From contig JAZQMA010000055.1 of the NCBI GenBank assembly GCA_045543035.1, positions 3,190 to 67,189 on the forward strand: a stretch of 64,000 bases of DNA. The letters are read 5' to 3'. The stretch is from Acutalibacteraceae bacterium. Its GTDB lineage: Bacteria > Bacillota > Clostridia > Oscillospirales > Acutalibacteraceae. Within the stretch, counting starts at the first letter, position 1. The number at the start of each line of letters is the position of its first letter. Positions 36,332-45,780 of the stretch are shown here, piece by piece. A program made the position numbers and the translations under genes. Below the pieces are notes generated by a model. It saw only the letters and a program-made list of their open reading frames with translations, did no database searches and was not told where the DNA came from.

Positions 36332-37042
36332 ATGGATAAATATGTTCCTCTGTATCTCTTTTCTTTAAAAGAAGCCAAAGAATATGAAGAAGTCGACAAA
36401 TGGAGAAAGAGTCATAGTGCCAACTGTGATTGTGCAAGAACCATTGAACGCGCAATACGAGATAACTATAAAAACAACATTCTTGGAAAATGCATCAATG
36501 ACATTATTGCCACATATGGTCTTGATCGAGTTAATTGGGTTCTTGCGAATACAGTGCAAGAAAATAAGAATGATGGTCGCTTTTCTGAAGAAAACAAAAA
36601 ATGGGCGAAAAACATTTGGATTCCCAAAGAAGAACATCGTTGGCAGTTTGTAGTTGAATCACATCCCGGTCTGGTAGATTTGCTTATTAATCAAGCAAGA
36701 GAGTATTACAAAAATTTAGGTATCTTTGATTCAAGCCATTGTACTGATGAAGGCGATTACACGGACAAAGTATTGGTGATTAAGCCAAGTACACTTAAAG
36801 ATGAATACAAAACAGCAGATTTTCAGTTGTTTTTTGCGACAAGTGGTTTCGGATGTGATCCTAATGCAATAGGTTCACAGGTTAACGGTTATTTTCTGAA
36901 GGATGATGAATTTACTCATTTTAGAAGACAAAATTTCTTTGGTGTTTTGGATGAAAAATATCTTCCCGAATGGGCAAAGGAAAAACTTTCCGAATACAGG
37001 TTACAAGAAAACAATGATGTAGGAATGGGAGGTTTGCAGTAA
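36332..37042 (+). CDS. DUF3849-like protein
   Basis: MDKYVPLYLFSLKEAKEYEEVDKWRKSHSANCDCARTIERAI is the pattern recalled for DUF3849. AAAAGGTGG Shine-Dalgarno. Confidence 0.6.
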   Translation: MDKYVPLYLFSLKEAKEYEEVDKWRKSHSANCDCARTIERAIRDNYKNNILGKCINDIIATYGLDRVNWVLANTVQENKNDGRFSEENKKWAKNIWIPKEEHRWQFVVESHPGLVDLLINQAREYYKNLGIFDSSHCTDEGDYTDKVLVIKPSTLKDEYKTADFQLFFATSGFGCDPNAIGSQVNGYFLKDDEFTHFRRQNFFGVLDEKYLPEWAKEKLSEYRLQENNDVGMGGLQ

Positions 37043-37725
37043 TGAAAATAAAAATATTCCAAATCAATAATGAACGAGATGCAAATGATGTTAAGTTTAT
37101 GAACTTTGACAGAACTGCACGAATTCAAAAAACAGAAAAAATAGATCCACAAATATATGATGAGGTTTTCAATGGTGATATTGAAGCGAAAACACTTGAA
37201 GATGTTTTCACTCGTTTTAACACAGAATCTCATCCACTTCACAGAGGGCACTCTCTTTCCGTTTCGGACATCGTCCAGACAGATGAGGGTGCCTTTTTTT
37301 GTGACTCTGTAGGTTTCCAAAAGGTTGATTTTGATGCAACCCTTACACAGAAACCTGACAACTTAATGACTATCGTCTATGTTGAGCCAAACCGTCCTCC
37401 GTTTGTTTCTGAGGTGGCACACACCCTTGAAGCAGAGCAGAGGGCTGTAGGTGGATACATAGAACCGATATACATGGAAGATGACAATGTCTGTCTTATA
37501 GGCAACGAAGAATCAAAACTTATGGGTATGGCAGGTAACCGTAGACTTGGTGAAAGTACCATCATTGCCGGACCATTCTTTGTTGTTGGTTTGACAGAAG
37601 ATGACTTCCGTTCACTTACAGACGAGGAGGTGATGACATATATGGAAAGGTTCAAAGAACCCGAACAGATTTCTCAGGCAGAAGTCGAATCGGATATGGG
37701 ATTCACAATTATAAGTTTCAATTAA
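37042..37725 (+). CDS. YodL-like domain protein
   Basis: MKIKIFQINNERDANDVKFMNFD...HSLSVSDIV pattern, common in Firmicutes conjugative elements. Confidence 0.65.
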   Translation: MKIKIFQINNERDANDVKFMNFDRTARIQKTEKIDPQIYDEVFNGDIEAKTLEDVFTRFNTESHPLHRGHSLSVSDIVQTDEGAFFCDSVGFQKVDFDATLTQKPDNLMTIVYVEPNRPPFVSEVAHTLEAEQRAVGGYIEPIYMEDDNVCLIGNEESKLMGMAGNRRLGESTIIAGPFFVVGLTEDDFRSLTDEEVMTYMERFKEPEQISQAEVESDMGFTIISFN

Positions 37726-37747
37726 TCGAAAGGTAGGTAAAAAAATT

Positions 37748-38104
37748 ATGGCACAGAAAAAACAGCCACTTGTAAATGCGAAAATTGATCTCATGGTAAA
37801 TCAGGAAGATAGCAAAATCAAAGCATATGCCAGTGCAAATATTGCAGGTGCATTTGCTATTCACGGTCTTAAAGTAATTGACTCATCAAAAGGTCTCTTT
37901 GTTCAGATGCCTCAGAGCGTTTATACCAAAGACGGTGAAAAGAAATATAGCGATATCTTCCATGCTATTACGGCAGATGCAAGAAACGAAATTAATGCAG
38001 CCGTTCTTAAATCATACGAAGAAAGACTTCACATGGATGAAGCAGAAGCAATGAGTGAGCAGCCTGACGATGATGTCGAGGCTGCTTTTTCACAGTCAAT
38101 GTAA
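37748..38104 (+). CDS. SpoVG-family protein
   Basis: AYASANIAGAFAIHGLKVIDSSKGLFVQMPQ...DIFHAITADARNEINAAVL. Confidence 0.75.
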   Translation: MAQKKQPLVNAKIDLMVNQEDSKIKAYASANIAGAFAIHGLKVIDSSKGLFVQMPQSVYTKDGEKKYSDIFHAITADARNEINAAVLKSYEERLHMDEAEAMSEQPDDDVEAAFSQSM

Positions 38105-38130
38105 TTAAAAGAAAGTTGAGGTAAAAATTT

Positions 38131-38352
38131 ATGTTTAAAAAAATCAAAGATAAGGTTATGTCCTTAAAAGCAAAAGCTGTTGAAGTTATCGAAACAAAAA
38201 CAGCAGAAACCTATGTTGATACAGGTGTCAAGGTTCTCATCGCAGTCGTAATCGGTGCTCTCCTTCTCACTCTTCTCTATGCCCTTTTTGAAGACACCAT
38301 CATGCCTTCTGTTGTGACAAAGGTACAGGAACTCTTCAATTATGGTGGATAA
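38131..38352 (+). CDS. Flp-like small pilin candidate, paralog 1
   Basis: 73 aa with a charged leader, then AETYVDTGVKVLIAVVIGALLLTLL hydrophobic helix. It lies directly upstream of a prepilin peptidase and Tad genes. Confidence 0.6.
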   Translation: MFKKIKDKVMSLKAKAVEVIETKTAETYVDTGVKVLIAVVIGALLLTLLYALFEDTIMPSVVTKVQELFNYGG

Positions 38353-38364
38353 TGAGGTGAGTTT

Positions 38365-38607
38365 ATGTTAAAACAGATTTTTTATAAATTACGTGAATTT
38401 ATAAAAAAGATACTAAACAGAATTTTAAACAAAATAAGGAATAAGTTTATAAACAAAAGTGCCGAAACTTATGTGAATTCAGGAGTTAAAATCCTCATCG
38501 CTGTAGTTATCGGCGCTTTGCTTTTAGGTCTTCTTTCTCCGCTTTTGGAAAATGAAATTATGCTTCCTGTTAAAGAAGGTTTTGAAGAAGCCTTCGATCA
38601 TTATTAA
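38365..38607 (+). CDS. Flp-like small pilin candidate, paralog 2 (divergent)
   Basis: 80 aa with the shared core AETYVNSGVKILIAVVIGALLLGLL. Confidence 0.55.
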   Translation: MLKQIFYKLREFIKKILNRILNKIRNKFINKSAETYVNSGVKILIAVVIGALLLGLLSPLLENEIMLPVKEGFEEAFDHY

Positions 38608-38628
38608 GAAAGTTTGAGGTAATTAAAT

Positions 38629-38850
38629 ATGTTTAAAAAAATCAAAGATAAAGTTATGTCCATCAAAGCAAAGGCTGTTGAGGTTATCGAAACAAAAACA
38701 GCTGAAACCTATGTTGATACAGGTGTTAAGGTTCTCATCGCAGTCGTAGTCGGTGCGCTCCTTCTCACTCTCCTTTATGCCCTTTTTGAAGACACCATCA
38801 TGCCTTCTGTTGTAACAAAGGTACAGGGTCTCTTTAATTATGCCGGTTAA
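38629..38850 (+). CDS. Flp-like small pilin candidate, paralog 3
   Basis: 73 aa, differing from paralog 1 at 4 residues. Confidence 0.6.
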   Translation: MFKKIKDKVMSIKAKAVEVIETKTAETYVDTGVKVLIAVVVGALLLTLLYALFEDTIMPSVVTKVQGLFNYAG

Positions 38851-38909
38851 CTAATACTTGCTCGGTGGGAGTATTAAAACTCCCACCAATCTTTTGAAAG
38901 GAGAATTTT

Positions 38910-39539
38910 ATGAATTTAATTGTTGGTCCGATTATGCCGAAAGTTATTGATGTAACAGTTGAAACACTTTGCAAGTTATTTGGTATATCGGTTATTCTTG
39001 GCGCAGTTGTATTGGCAACTGTATTGATTGCGAAATATGCCCTTAAAAGATGGGGTGGCGAGAAGGTAAAAACTATAGCAGGTTTTGTAGGCATCGGTCT
39101 CGGAGTAACAGTAGCTTTGCTGTGTTTTTTCGGATGTACCACTATGACGGTGCGTGGCATTTTGTTCAGCTTAATTCTCCTTTTAGCATCTTTTAGTGAT
39201 ATTAAATCAAGAGAATGCGATGACTGGCTCCATGTAATGATTGTTATAGTGGCATTCGTAGGCTTTGAATTATCCAGTATACCAAGCATGTTGCTATCTG
39301 CTTTCGTTATTTCCTTGCTGATGATATTAAGCATCTTCATAGGAAAAGGAAGAATCGGTGGTGCAGATATAAAGTTCTGTATCGCAAGTTCATTGGTGCT
39401 TGGTTTAAAGAACAGCGTTATAGGACTTACCTTGGGATTGGTGCTCGCAATTCTTATGAACATTAAAAGAAACAAAAAAGAGGGTTTCCCTCTCGTTCCA
39501 TATCTTGCCACAGGATTTATGGTGGCATATTTCATTTAA
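38910..39539 (+). CDS. A24-family prepilin peptidase (TadV/CpaA-like)
   Basis: Polytopic protein. The first Asp region is SFSDIKSREC and the second is GRIGGADIKF (GxGDxK-like). Confidence 0.7.
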   Translation: MNLIVGPIMPKVIDVTVETLCKLFGISVILGAVVLATVLIAKYALKRWGGEKVKTIAGFVGIGLGVTVALLCFFGCTTMTVRGILFSLILLLASFSDIKSRECDDWLHVMIVIVAFVGFELSSIPSMLLSAFVISLLMILSIFIGKGRIGGADIKFCIASSLVLGLKNSVIGLTLGLVLAILMNIKRNKKEGFPLVPYLATGFMVAYFI

Positions 39540-39557
39540 CAGGAGGTTATGTAAAAA

Positions 39558-40304
39558 ATGAAAAACAGAACAATTATAGGTATCATCTGCATGGCGCTTG
39601 CTGTTGTAATGACCTTCGTAGTTGCTCCTATTGTTACGAATATTACAAGCGACACAACAAAGATAGTACGACTTACACAGGATGTGAAACAGGGCTCACC
39701 CATTACAGAAGATGTAGTAGAGGTGGTTAAGGTTGATAAAGATTCAATCCCTTCAGGTGCTATTGAAGATAAAGCTGATGTCGTAGGTAAATATGCTGCT
39801 TCCAATCTGTATAACGGTGACTTCTTCACAAAGGATAAGCTCACCAAAGATGGTAATACTGCTGAAGATGTATTCGCAACACTTGACGGTAAACATGTAG
39901 CAATCAGCGTAACAGTAGACAGTCTTGCGGCAGGTGTATCAGGTAAGCTCCAGAACGGAGATATCGTAACATTCCTTATTGTCAACAACGACACTAACAA
40001 AGCAGTAACTCCTCCCGAACTTAAATATATGAAGGTTATAACCACAACTACATCGGGTGGTATTGATAAAGATGCAGTAATTAAGAATGAAGACGGAAGT
40101 TATGAACTCCCAAGTACAATTACTGTTCTTGCAAATACACAACAGGCAAAGTTACTTGCAGAATATGAAGGTAATGCAGAAATTCATGCGGCACTTGTAT
40201 ACAGAGGTGATAAATCAACTGCCGATAAGTTCTTATCCACACAGAATAGCTACTTTAAGAATAAAACAGAAACAACAACCGAAGGTGGTGCTGTGAATGA
40301 GTAA
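39558..40304 (+). CDS. CpaB/RcpC-like Flp pilus assembly protein (SAF domain)
   Basis: N-terminal TM helix, then VRLTQDVKQGSPITEDVVEVVKV SAF-like segment, in a Tad gene context. Confidence 0.65.
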   Translation: MKNRTIIGIICMALAVVMTFVVAPIVTNITSDTTKIVRLTQDVKQGSPITEDVVEVVKVDKDSIPSGAIEDKADVVGKYAASNLYNGDFFTKDKLTKDGNTAEDVFATLDGKHVAISVTVDSLAAGVSGKLQNGDIVTFLIVNNDTNKAVTPPELKYMKVITTTTSGGIDKDAVIKNEDGSYELPSTITVLANTQQAKLLAEYEGNAEIHAALVYRGDKSTADKFLSTQNSYFKNKTETTTEGGAVNE

Positions 40305-41019
40305 GTTTATTGCAGTTTGTGGCTCACCTGATAGTGGTAAAAGTTCTATTGCCATTAAGGTTGCACAGACCTTATATAACAAAGGAAAGAAAAGAGTCCT
40401 TTACTTTTCACCCGATTTGATGGTGCCTTGTATGGGTTACATCTTCCCTCATTGTAAGGGAAGTGATTTGTATTCAATCGGTAAGGTTCTTGATAAAACG
40501 GATGTGTATCGTGAAGATGTCCTTCGTAGCATTGTAACAACAAAGAATATGCCGAATTTCGGTTATTTAGGCTACAAAGCAAACGAAAACAAATACACAT
40601 ATGCAAGACCGACAGAAGACAAAATCAGTCAGTTGTTTATGAATATGAGAGAACTTGCTGACTACATAGTTATTGACTGTGTAAGCGACAGAAGTGACCT
40701 TATCTCTTCTCTTGCTAAAGCAGAAGCTGATGTTATTGTTCAGGTTGTAACTCCGACACTTAAATGCATGTCATACTATGCAGCTAACGGTGACCAGTTT
40801 ATTGCATTTGCAGACAAAGTGGTAAAGGTAATCAACATAAAAGATAATGATATCTATCTCCCTGTCGGTGAGGTCAAGGAACACTTTAAGGATGTTGTAA
40901 TCAAAATTCCTTACAGTCACTCCCTTAAACAGCAGTCTATCACAGGAACTTTATCAGAACATATCACCGATAAAGTCTTCTGCGATAGCATTTCGAGGTT
41001 AGCAAAGGTGGTGAGCTGA
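40297..41019 (+). CDS. ParA/MinD-like ATPase (TadZ/CpaE-like)
   Basis: AVCGSPDSGKSSIAIKVA deviant Walker A. It sits immediately before the CpaF gene. Confidence 0.55.
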   Translation: MSKFIAVCGSPDSGKSSIAIKVAQTLYNKGKKRVLYFSPDLMVPCMGYIFPHCKGSDLYSIGKVLDKTDVYREDVLRSIVTTKNMPNFGYLGYKANENKYTYARPTEDKISQLFMNMRELADYIVIDCVSDRSDLISSLAKAEADVIVQVVTPTLKCMSYYAANGDQFIAFADKVVKVINIKDNDIYLPVGEVKEHFKDVVIKIPYSHSLKQQSITGTLSEHITDKVFCDSISRLAKVVS

Positions 41020-42332
41020 TGAGCCAAATAATTGGTTTTTTCCCACTTCTTAATAGTGTACAGAAATATATCTCTGAAAACTATGCAGCTTCACTATCAG
41101 ACAAAGATAAATATGGTCAGTTGAGAACCTACATTGATAAATACTTGTATGACCACGATTATATGGTCGAAGGAATGAGCTTCAAACAACTGTCAGACAA
41201 GCTCTATTGTGAAATGGCTGAATACTCCATCTTAACAAAGTATTTAGGACGTGAGGATATTGAAGAAATTAATATCAACGGTTGGGATGATATTGCCATA
41301 ACATATACCGATGGTCACATTGAAAAGACTACGGAACACTTTTATTCACCACAACACGCTATTGATATTATCAAAAGACTTCTTCACCATTCGGGTATGA
41401 TTATTGATAATGCAACTCCTATGGCTCAAGGTCATTTGCCCGGTAACACACGAATCACAGCTCTTAAAGAACCTATTGTTGATGATGACATAGGTATCTG
41501 TGCATCAATCCGACTTTTGCACCCTTCAAGAGTTACAAAGGATGAAATCGTTAAAGGTAATAATGCAACACAGAAGATGATTGACTTCTTGTGCATGTGT
41601 CTCCGCTATGGTGTTTCTTTCGTTGTAGCGGGTGCAACCAGTTCAGGTAAAACAACACTCCTTAATGCATTGCTTTCAACAATTCCCGATAACAAGCGAA
41701 TATTCAGTATTGAATCAGGTTCTCGTGAATTATCTCTTGTTCGCAAAAATGATGATGTTACAACCAACAATGTAGTACATACATTATCAAGACCTTCTGA
41801 TAACGAAGCTTACGATATAACACAGGAAGATTTGGTTGTAGCATCCTTGCGATTCAACCCCGATATTGTAGTTGTCGGAGAAATGCGAGATACTGAAGCT
41901 TATTCTGCTGTTGAAGCATCCCTTACAGGTCATACTGTTGTATCAACTATCCATGCCTCTGCTGCCGATGCAGCTCATATGCGTTTAGCACTCCTTTGTC
42001 AAAAGCGTTTCCCTATAAACTTTAAGACATCGCTGATGCAGGCTGGTCAGGCATTTCCTCTCGTTGTTTACGCTCATAAGTTGGAAGACAATTCCCGAAA
42101 GATTATGGATATATCTGAATGTGTAATCACTCCTTCAGGCGAAAGAGAGTATCGCACATTATTCAGATACAATATTACAAGCAACACTATGCAGGGTGAT
42201 AACTACATAATCGAAGGTCATTTTGAACAACCCGAAATAATGAGTGATAATCTTAAACACAAGTTGATGCAGTTCGGTGTACCTCAAAGCGAGTTGAAAA
42301 AGTTCTTGCAGAAGGGAGCTGATTATGTATGA
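41019..42332 (+). CDS. cpaF: CpaF/TadA-type secretion ATPase (VirB11/PilT superfamily)
   Basis: Walker A GATSSGKTTLLNAL, Asp box/Walker B VVVGEMRD and His box GHTVVSTIHA. Confidence 0.85.
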   Translation: MSQIIGFFPLLNSVQKYISENYAASLSDKDKYGQLRTYIDKYLYDHDYMVEGMSFKQLSDKLYCEMAEYSILTKYLGREDIEEININGWDDIAITYTDGHIEKTTEHFYSPQHAIDIIKRLLHHSGMIIDNATPMAQGHLPGNTRITALKEPIVDDDIGICASIRLLHPSRVTKDEIVKGNNATQKMIDFLCMCLRYGVSFVVAGATSSGKTTLLNALLSTIPDNKRIFSIESGSRELSLVRKNDDVTTNNVVHTLSRPSDNEAYDITQEDLVVASLRFNPDIVVVGEMRDTEAYSAVEASLTGHTVVSTIHASAADAAHMRLALLCQKRFPINFKTSLMQAGQAFPLVVYAHKLEDNSRKIMDISECVITPSGEREYRTLFRYNITSNTMQGDNYIIEGHFEQPEIMSDNLKHKLMQFGVPQSELKKFLQKGADYV

Positions 42333-43255
42333 TTGTTTTTTCAATCATATCATGCATATGCGTTATAGTGGCAATTGCCTGTTTCCTTGACCTTACACCC
42401 GAAAGAGTAACGAATGATTTAATTCACATCATTACTCCTCACGATACCCTTCGTGAGAAAGCAAGGGCTATAAGAGGAAACAAAAAAAGACATGGTGTAT
42501 ATACCAAGCTTATGGAAATGAAAACTGCATTGGCAGTAACAGGTAAATCCAAAAACTTCGTAATCGTTTGTTTTTCTTCCGTTATCTTGTTTGCTGTTGG
42601 TGCATTCGTTGCTGTCCTTATTGATAACCTTTTCTTGCTCCCGGCTCTCTCAATATCACTTGCTTTAGTACCTTTTGTGTACACTGCAAATACTCTTGCG
42701 ATATATGAAAAAACAACAAAGGAAGAATTGGAAACAACTCTTTCAATTATCACAACATCATATATCCGTAATGATGATATTGTTTCGTCAGTAAGAGAGA
42801 ATATCCAGTATATAAAGCCACCTATAAAAGATGTTTTTATAGCATTTGAAACAGAAGCAACTCTCGTTTCATCGAATATAAAACATGCTTTATATAACTT
42901 GAAGGATAAAATTGATGATGAGATTTTCCGTGAGTGGTGCGACACCTTGATTCAATGTCAAGATGACCGAACATTAAAAGACACCTTGCTCCCCATTGTT
43001 GCAAAGCTTACTGATGTTCGTATAGTAAACAGCGAACTTAAAACGATGCTTTCTGCTGCAAAGAATGAGTATTGGGTAATGGTGTTATTGGTTGTCGGCA
43101 ACATACCCTTGTTATATATGCTTAACAAAGACTGGTTTAACACTCTGATGTATGAAACATCAGGAAAAGCCGTGTTAGGTATATGTGGCGTGGTAATTTT
43201 AATAACAGCTTTGTTCATGATGAAATTTACAAAGCCAATAGAATACAAACGATGA
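42329..43255 (+). CDS. TadB-like (T2SS-F family) membrane protein
   Basis: 308-aa polytopic protein overlapping cpaF by 4 nt, in the position of tadB. Confidence 0.6.
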   Translation: MIVFSIISCICVIVAIACFLDLTPERVTNDLIHIITPHDTLREKARAIRGNKKRHGVYTKLMEMKTALAVTGKSKNFVIVCFSSVILFAVGAFVAVLIDNLFLLPALSISLALVPFVYTANTLAIYEKTTKEELETTLSIITTSYIRNDDIVSSVRENIQYIKPPIKDVFIAFETEATLVSSNIKHALYNLKDKIDDEIFREWCDTLIQCQDDRTLKDTLLPIVAKLTDVRIVNSELKTMLSAAKNEYWVMVLLVVGNIPLLYMLNKDWFNTLMYETSGKAVLGICGVVILITALFMMKFTKPIEYKR

Positions 43256-43268
43256 GGAGGTTGAATAT

Positions 43269-44138
43269 ATGATACAAGCAATTGTCGGAATCCTTTGTGG
43301 ATTAGGTCTCTTTTATATCCTTGTTGATTTGTATGCAATCCCTTATTACAAAACATCAAAGGCTGTTGAATCAATCTCGAAACAACAGAAAGAAAAAACA
43401 TCGGGTCTTGATGTGTGGCTGAAAGGTGTGGCAGGTTTCTTTGCAAAGCACATGCGACTTAATGAGTTCAAAAAAGCTCAACTCCAGAACGACTTGAACA
43501 CGGCACAGATGAATATCTCTCCCGAAATGTTCAAAGCAAATGCGATTGTAAAATCTCTCATCATAGCTACATTTGCAATACCCGTGTTATTTATACTCCC
43601 ATTATTAAGTCCCATAATCCTTGTGTTAGCCATAGCGTTATATAACAATGAGGTGCGTTCAGTTTCAAAAAGAATAAAGGCAAAAAGAAGAAAAATTGAA
43701 TACGAGCTTCCAAGACTTGTCTTTACAATTGAGAAAACCTTGAAGCATAACCGAGATGTGTTATATATGCTTGATAGCTACATGGAAAGTGCCGGACCCG
43801 AAATAAAGCACGAATTAGAAATAACCGTAGCTGATATGAGGTCAGGTAACTATGAAGCGGCGATTACAAGGCTTGAATCCCGTGTAGGCTCATCAATGAT
43901 GAGTGACGTGTGCCGAGGTCTTATAGGCATACTTCGTGGTGACGATACAGAAATGTATTGGGCATCCTTATCAATCAAGTTCAATGACATTCAAAGACAA
44001 CAGTTAAGACTTGAAGCACAGAAAGTACCGAGAAAGGTAAAGAGATTGTCAATGTGCCTTCTCTTATGCTTTATGCTGATCTATGTTGTGGTAATCTTCT
44101 CGCAGATTATGTCATCTGTGGGCGTTCTCTTCACATAA
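43269..44138 (+). CDS. TadC-like (T2SS-F family) membrane protein
   Basis: 289-aa polytopic protein in the position of tadC. Confidence 0.6.
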   Translation: MIQAIVGILCGLGLFYILVDLYAIPYYKTSKAVESISKQQKEKTSGLDVWLKGVAGFFAKHMRLNEFKKAQLQNDLNTAQMNISPEMFKANAIVKSLIIATFAIPVLFILPLLSPIILVLAIALYNNEVRSVSKRIKAKRRKIEYELPRLVFTIEKTLKHNRDVLYMLDSYMESAGPEIKHELEITVADMRSGNYEAAITRLESRVGSSMMSDVCRGLIGILRGDDTEMYWASLSIKFNDIQRQQLRLEAQKVPRKVKRLSMCLLLCFMLIYVVVIFSQIMSSVGVLFT

Positions 44139-44150
44139 GGGGGTGTCGGT

Positions 44151-44555
44151 GTGTTTAAGTTAAATAAACGTGGCGAAGGCTACATCGACATCTGTGTCGG
44201 TGTAGTTGTTTTTGTAATGGTATTGGTGCTTTCGCTCAATCTGTTCAGCTTCATCACCTTAAAGGTAGAAATGGATCAGATAGCCGAGGAGCTTATAAAA
44301 TCGGCAACCTACACAGGAGAATTCGGTGACGAGTTTTGGGAAAGAGATTCGGATTTACTTGGTGAATATTATGACTATGATATCGAATACGGTGCTGATG
44401 AATGGTTCAACACATCACTTGAACGAGTGCAGCTCGGTGACAAAATGTGGATAACCATTTCAAAGGATACCTATGTACAGGGCTTGGGAGTTTTCAAAAT
44501 CCCGGTTACCGTAACAGTTACAAGGTCAGGTCTTTCCGAAAAGTATTGGAAGTAG
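44151..44555 (+). CDS. TadE/pseudopilin-like protein (DUF4320-like)
   Basis: N-terminus NKRGEGYIDICVGVVVFVMVLVLSL resembles a minor-pilin N-terminus. GTG start. Confidence 0.5.
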   Translation: MFKLNKRGEGYIDICVGVVVFVMVLVLSLNLFSFITLKVEMDQIAEELIKSATYTGEFGDEFWERDSDLLGEYYDYDIEYGADEWFNTSLERVQLGDKMWITISKDTYVQGLGVFKIPVTVTVTRSGLSEKYWK

Positions 44556-44563
44556 GTGGAATA

Positions 44564-45034
44564 ATGAAGAACAAACGTGGCGATGGATACATCGGAACAT
44601 GTGTTATGATTTTAATCCTATGTATGATACTTTCAATTTTTATTGAATTCGTTGCAACAGTAAATGTGATACGCATATCAGAAAGAAATGCCCGAATTGT
44701 ATTGGACAGTTTCGTAATGGAAAACTCAATTGAAATATATGATTCAATAAAAACAGGAACAGATTTTACAGAGGTTGTTGATGTTGAACAATATATTTCT
44801 AAATATTCTGAATATAATTCGCTGGACTTTAATGAAAATATGTTGTATTGTTGTGGTGACGATGGCGAAGAACTGTATCGGCAGACAATACCGACAGTTC
44901 AACTCATAGAGGAAAACAGACTTAAAATAATTGCTGAATATACGATAACAGTTCCTCTGTACTTCGCAGGTCAACAAGTAACTGAAGTGACTGTACCAAT
45001 AACAGTAACTTCAAAATTCAATCCGAAATTTTAA
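44564..45034 (+). CDS. TadE/pseudopilin-like protein, second copy
   Basis: N-terminus MKNKRGDGYIGTCVMILILCMILSIF parallels the previous gene. ATG at 44564 with a GGTGGA Shine-Dalgarno. Confidence 0.5.
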   Translation: MKNKRGDGYIGTCVMILILCMILSIFIEFVATVNVIRISERNARIVLDSFVMENSIEIYDSIKTGTDFTEVVDVEQYISKYSEYNSLDFNENMLYCCGDDGEELYRQTIPTVQLIEENRLKIIAEYTITVPLYFAGQQVTEVTVPITVTSKFNPKF

Positions 45035-45050
45035 TCAGGAGGCTGATAAT

Positions 45051-45725
45051 ATGAAAAACAAAAAGGTACTTATCGGTACAATCGTAGGCATCGTAGTGGT
45101 AGCTGTAATAATTGTGGCTGTAATCGGTCTCGGCAAAGACGAGAACAATACAGAACCTACAACAGAAATTACAACCGAAGAAGCATTAATCGAAATCCCT
45201 ACTGACATAGAGGATGACACAACAGAGCCTGAAACCTTGGTGGAAGATGACGATATGCTGAAAATCGAAGATGTCGATACAGTAACCGAAAAGCCAAACA
45301 CAAATGAAAATACGGTTAAGGTGGAAAAACCCGTAGAAGAAAATGAAAACAGAAACGATAATGCACAAGGTATTGTAATCAATGGTGATGCTGATACAAG
45401 CATCTACTCATGTGGCAAGAGTGGTCACCATTGCGAAAGCAAAGAAACCCATGACTTTATCGTAAGTCTCGAAAACAAAGGCTGTCACCACTGTGGTTCA
45501 CACTCATGCAAGAGCTTCTATACCACAGATGAATGGGGAAATGCATGTTACGATGAAACAAAATGTCCACAGTACGATGTGAAAAAAGATGCCTTGAAAT
45601 ACTGCCAAGATTGTGGTAAACCTACAGGGCGAGGTTACAATGGAACATGTACAAAATTCGTAGAAGATACAGTATGTCCCGACTGCAACGAACCAGTAAA
45701 AGCAAGGACTTGCCACTCACATTAA
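45051..45725 (+). CDS. Membrane-anchored protein with acidic linker and Cys/His-rich C-terminal domain
   Basis: A TM helix, a long E/D/T-rich linker, then about 16 Cys including CHHCGSHSC, CQDCGKP and CPDCNEP. Confidence 0.6.
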   Translation: MKNKKVLIGTIVGIVVVAVIIVAVIGLGKDENNTEPTTEITTEEALIEIPTDIEDDTTEPETLVEDDDMLKIEDVDTVTEKPNTNENTVKVEKPVEENENRNDNAQGIVINGDADTSIYSCGKSGHHCESKETHDFIVSLENKGCHHCGSHSCKSFYTTDEWGNACYDETKCPQYDVKKDALKYCQDCGKPTGRGYNGTCTKFVEDTVCPDCNEPVKARTCHSH

Positions 45726-45741
45726 AAAATAAACAAACATA

Positions 45742-45768
45742 AAGACCTGCTTCGGCAGGTCTTTTTTT
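45742..45768 (+). terminator. Rho-independent terminator
   Basis: AAGACCTGC-TTCG-GCAGGTCTT followed by TTTTTT. Confidence 0.85.
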
Positions 45769-45780
45769 ATTGACAGAAAG

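Noticed and set aside
38834-40045. Long minus-strand ORFs (233 aa and 169 aa) opposite the prepilin peptidase and cpaB genes. Similar antisense ORFs lie at 42439-43446, 45035-45403, 48798-49277 and 56139-56624.
   Set aside because: They are shadow ORFs antisense to well-supported plus-strand genes. Their composition is low-complexity or Ser/Thr/Ile-rich and they have no start context.
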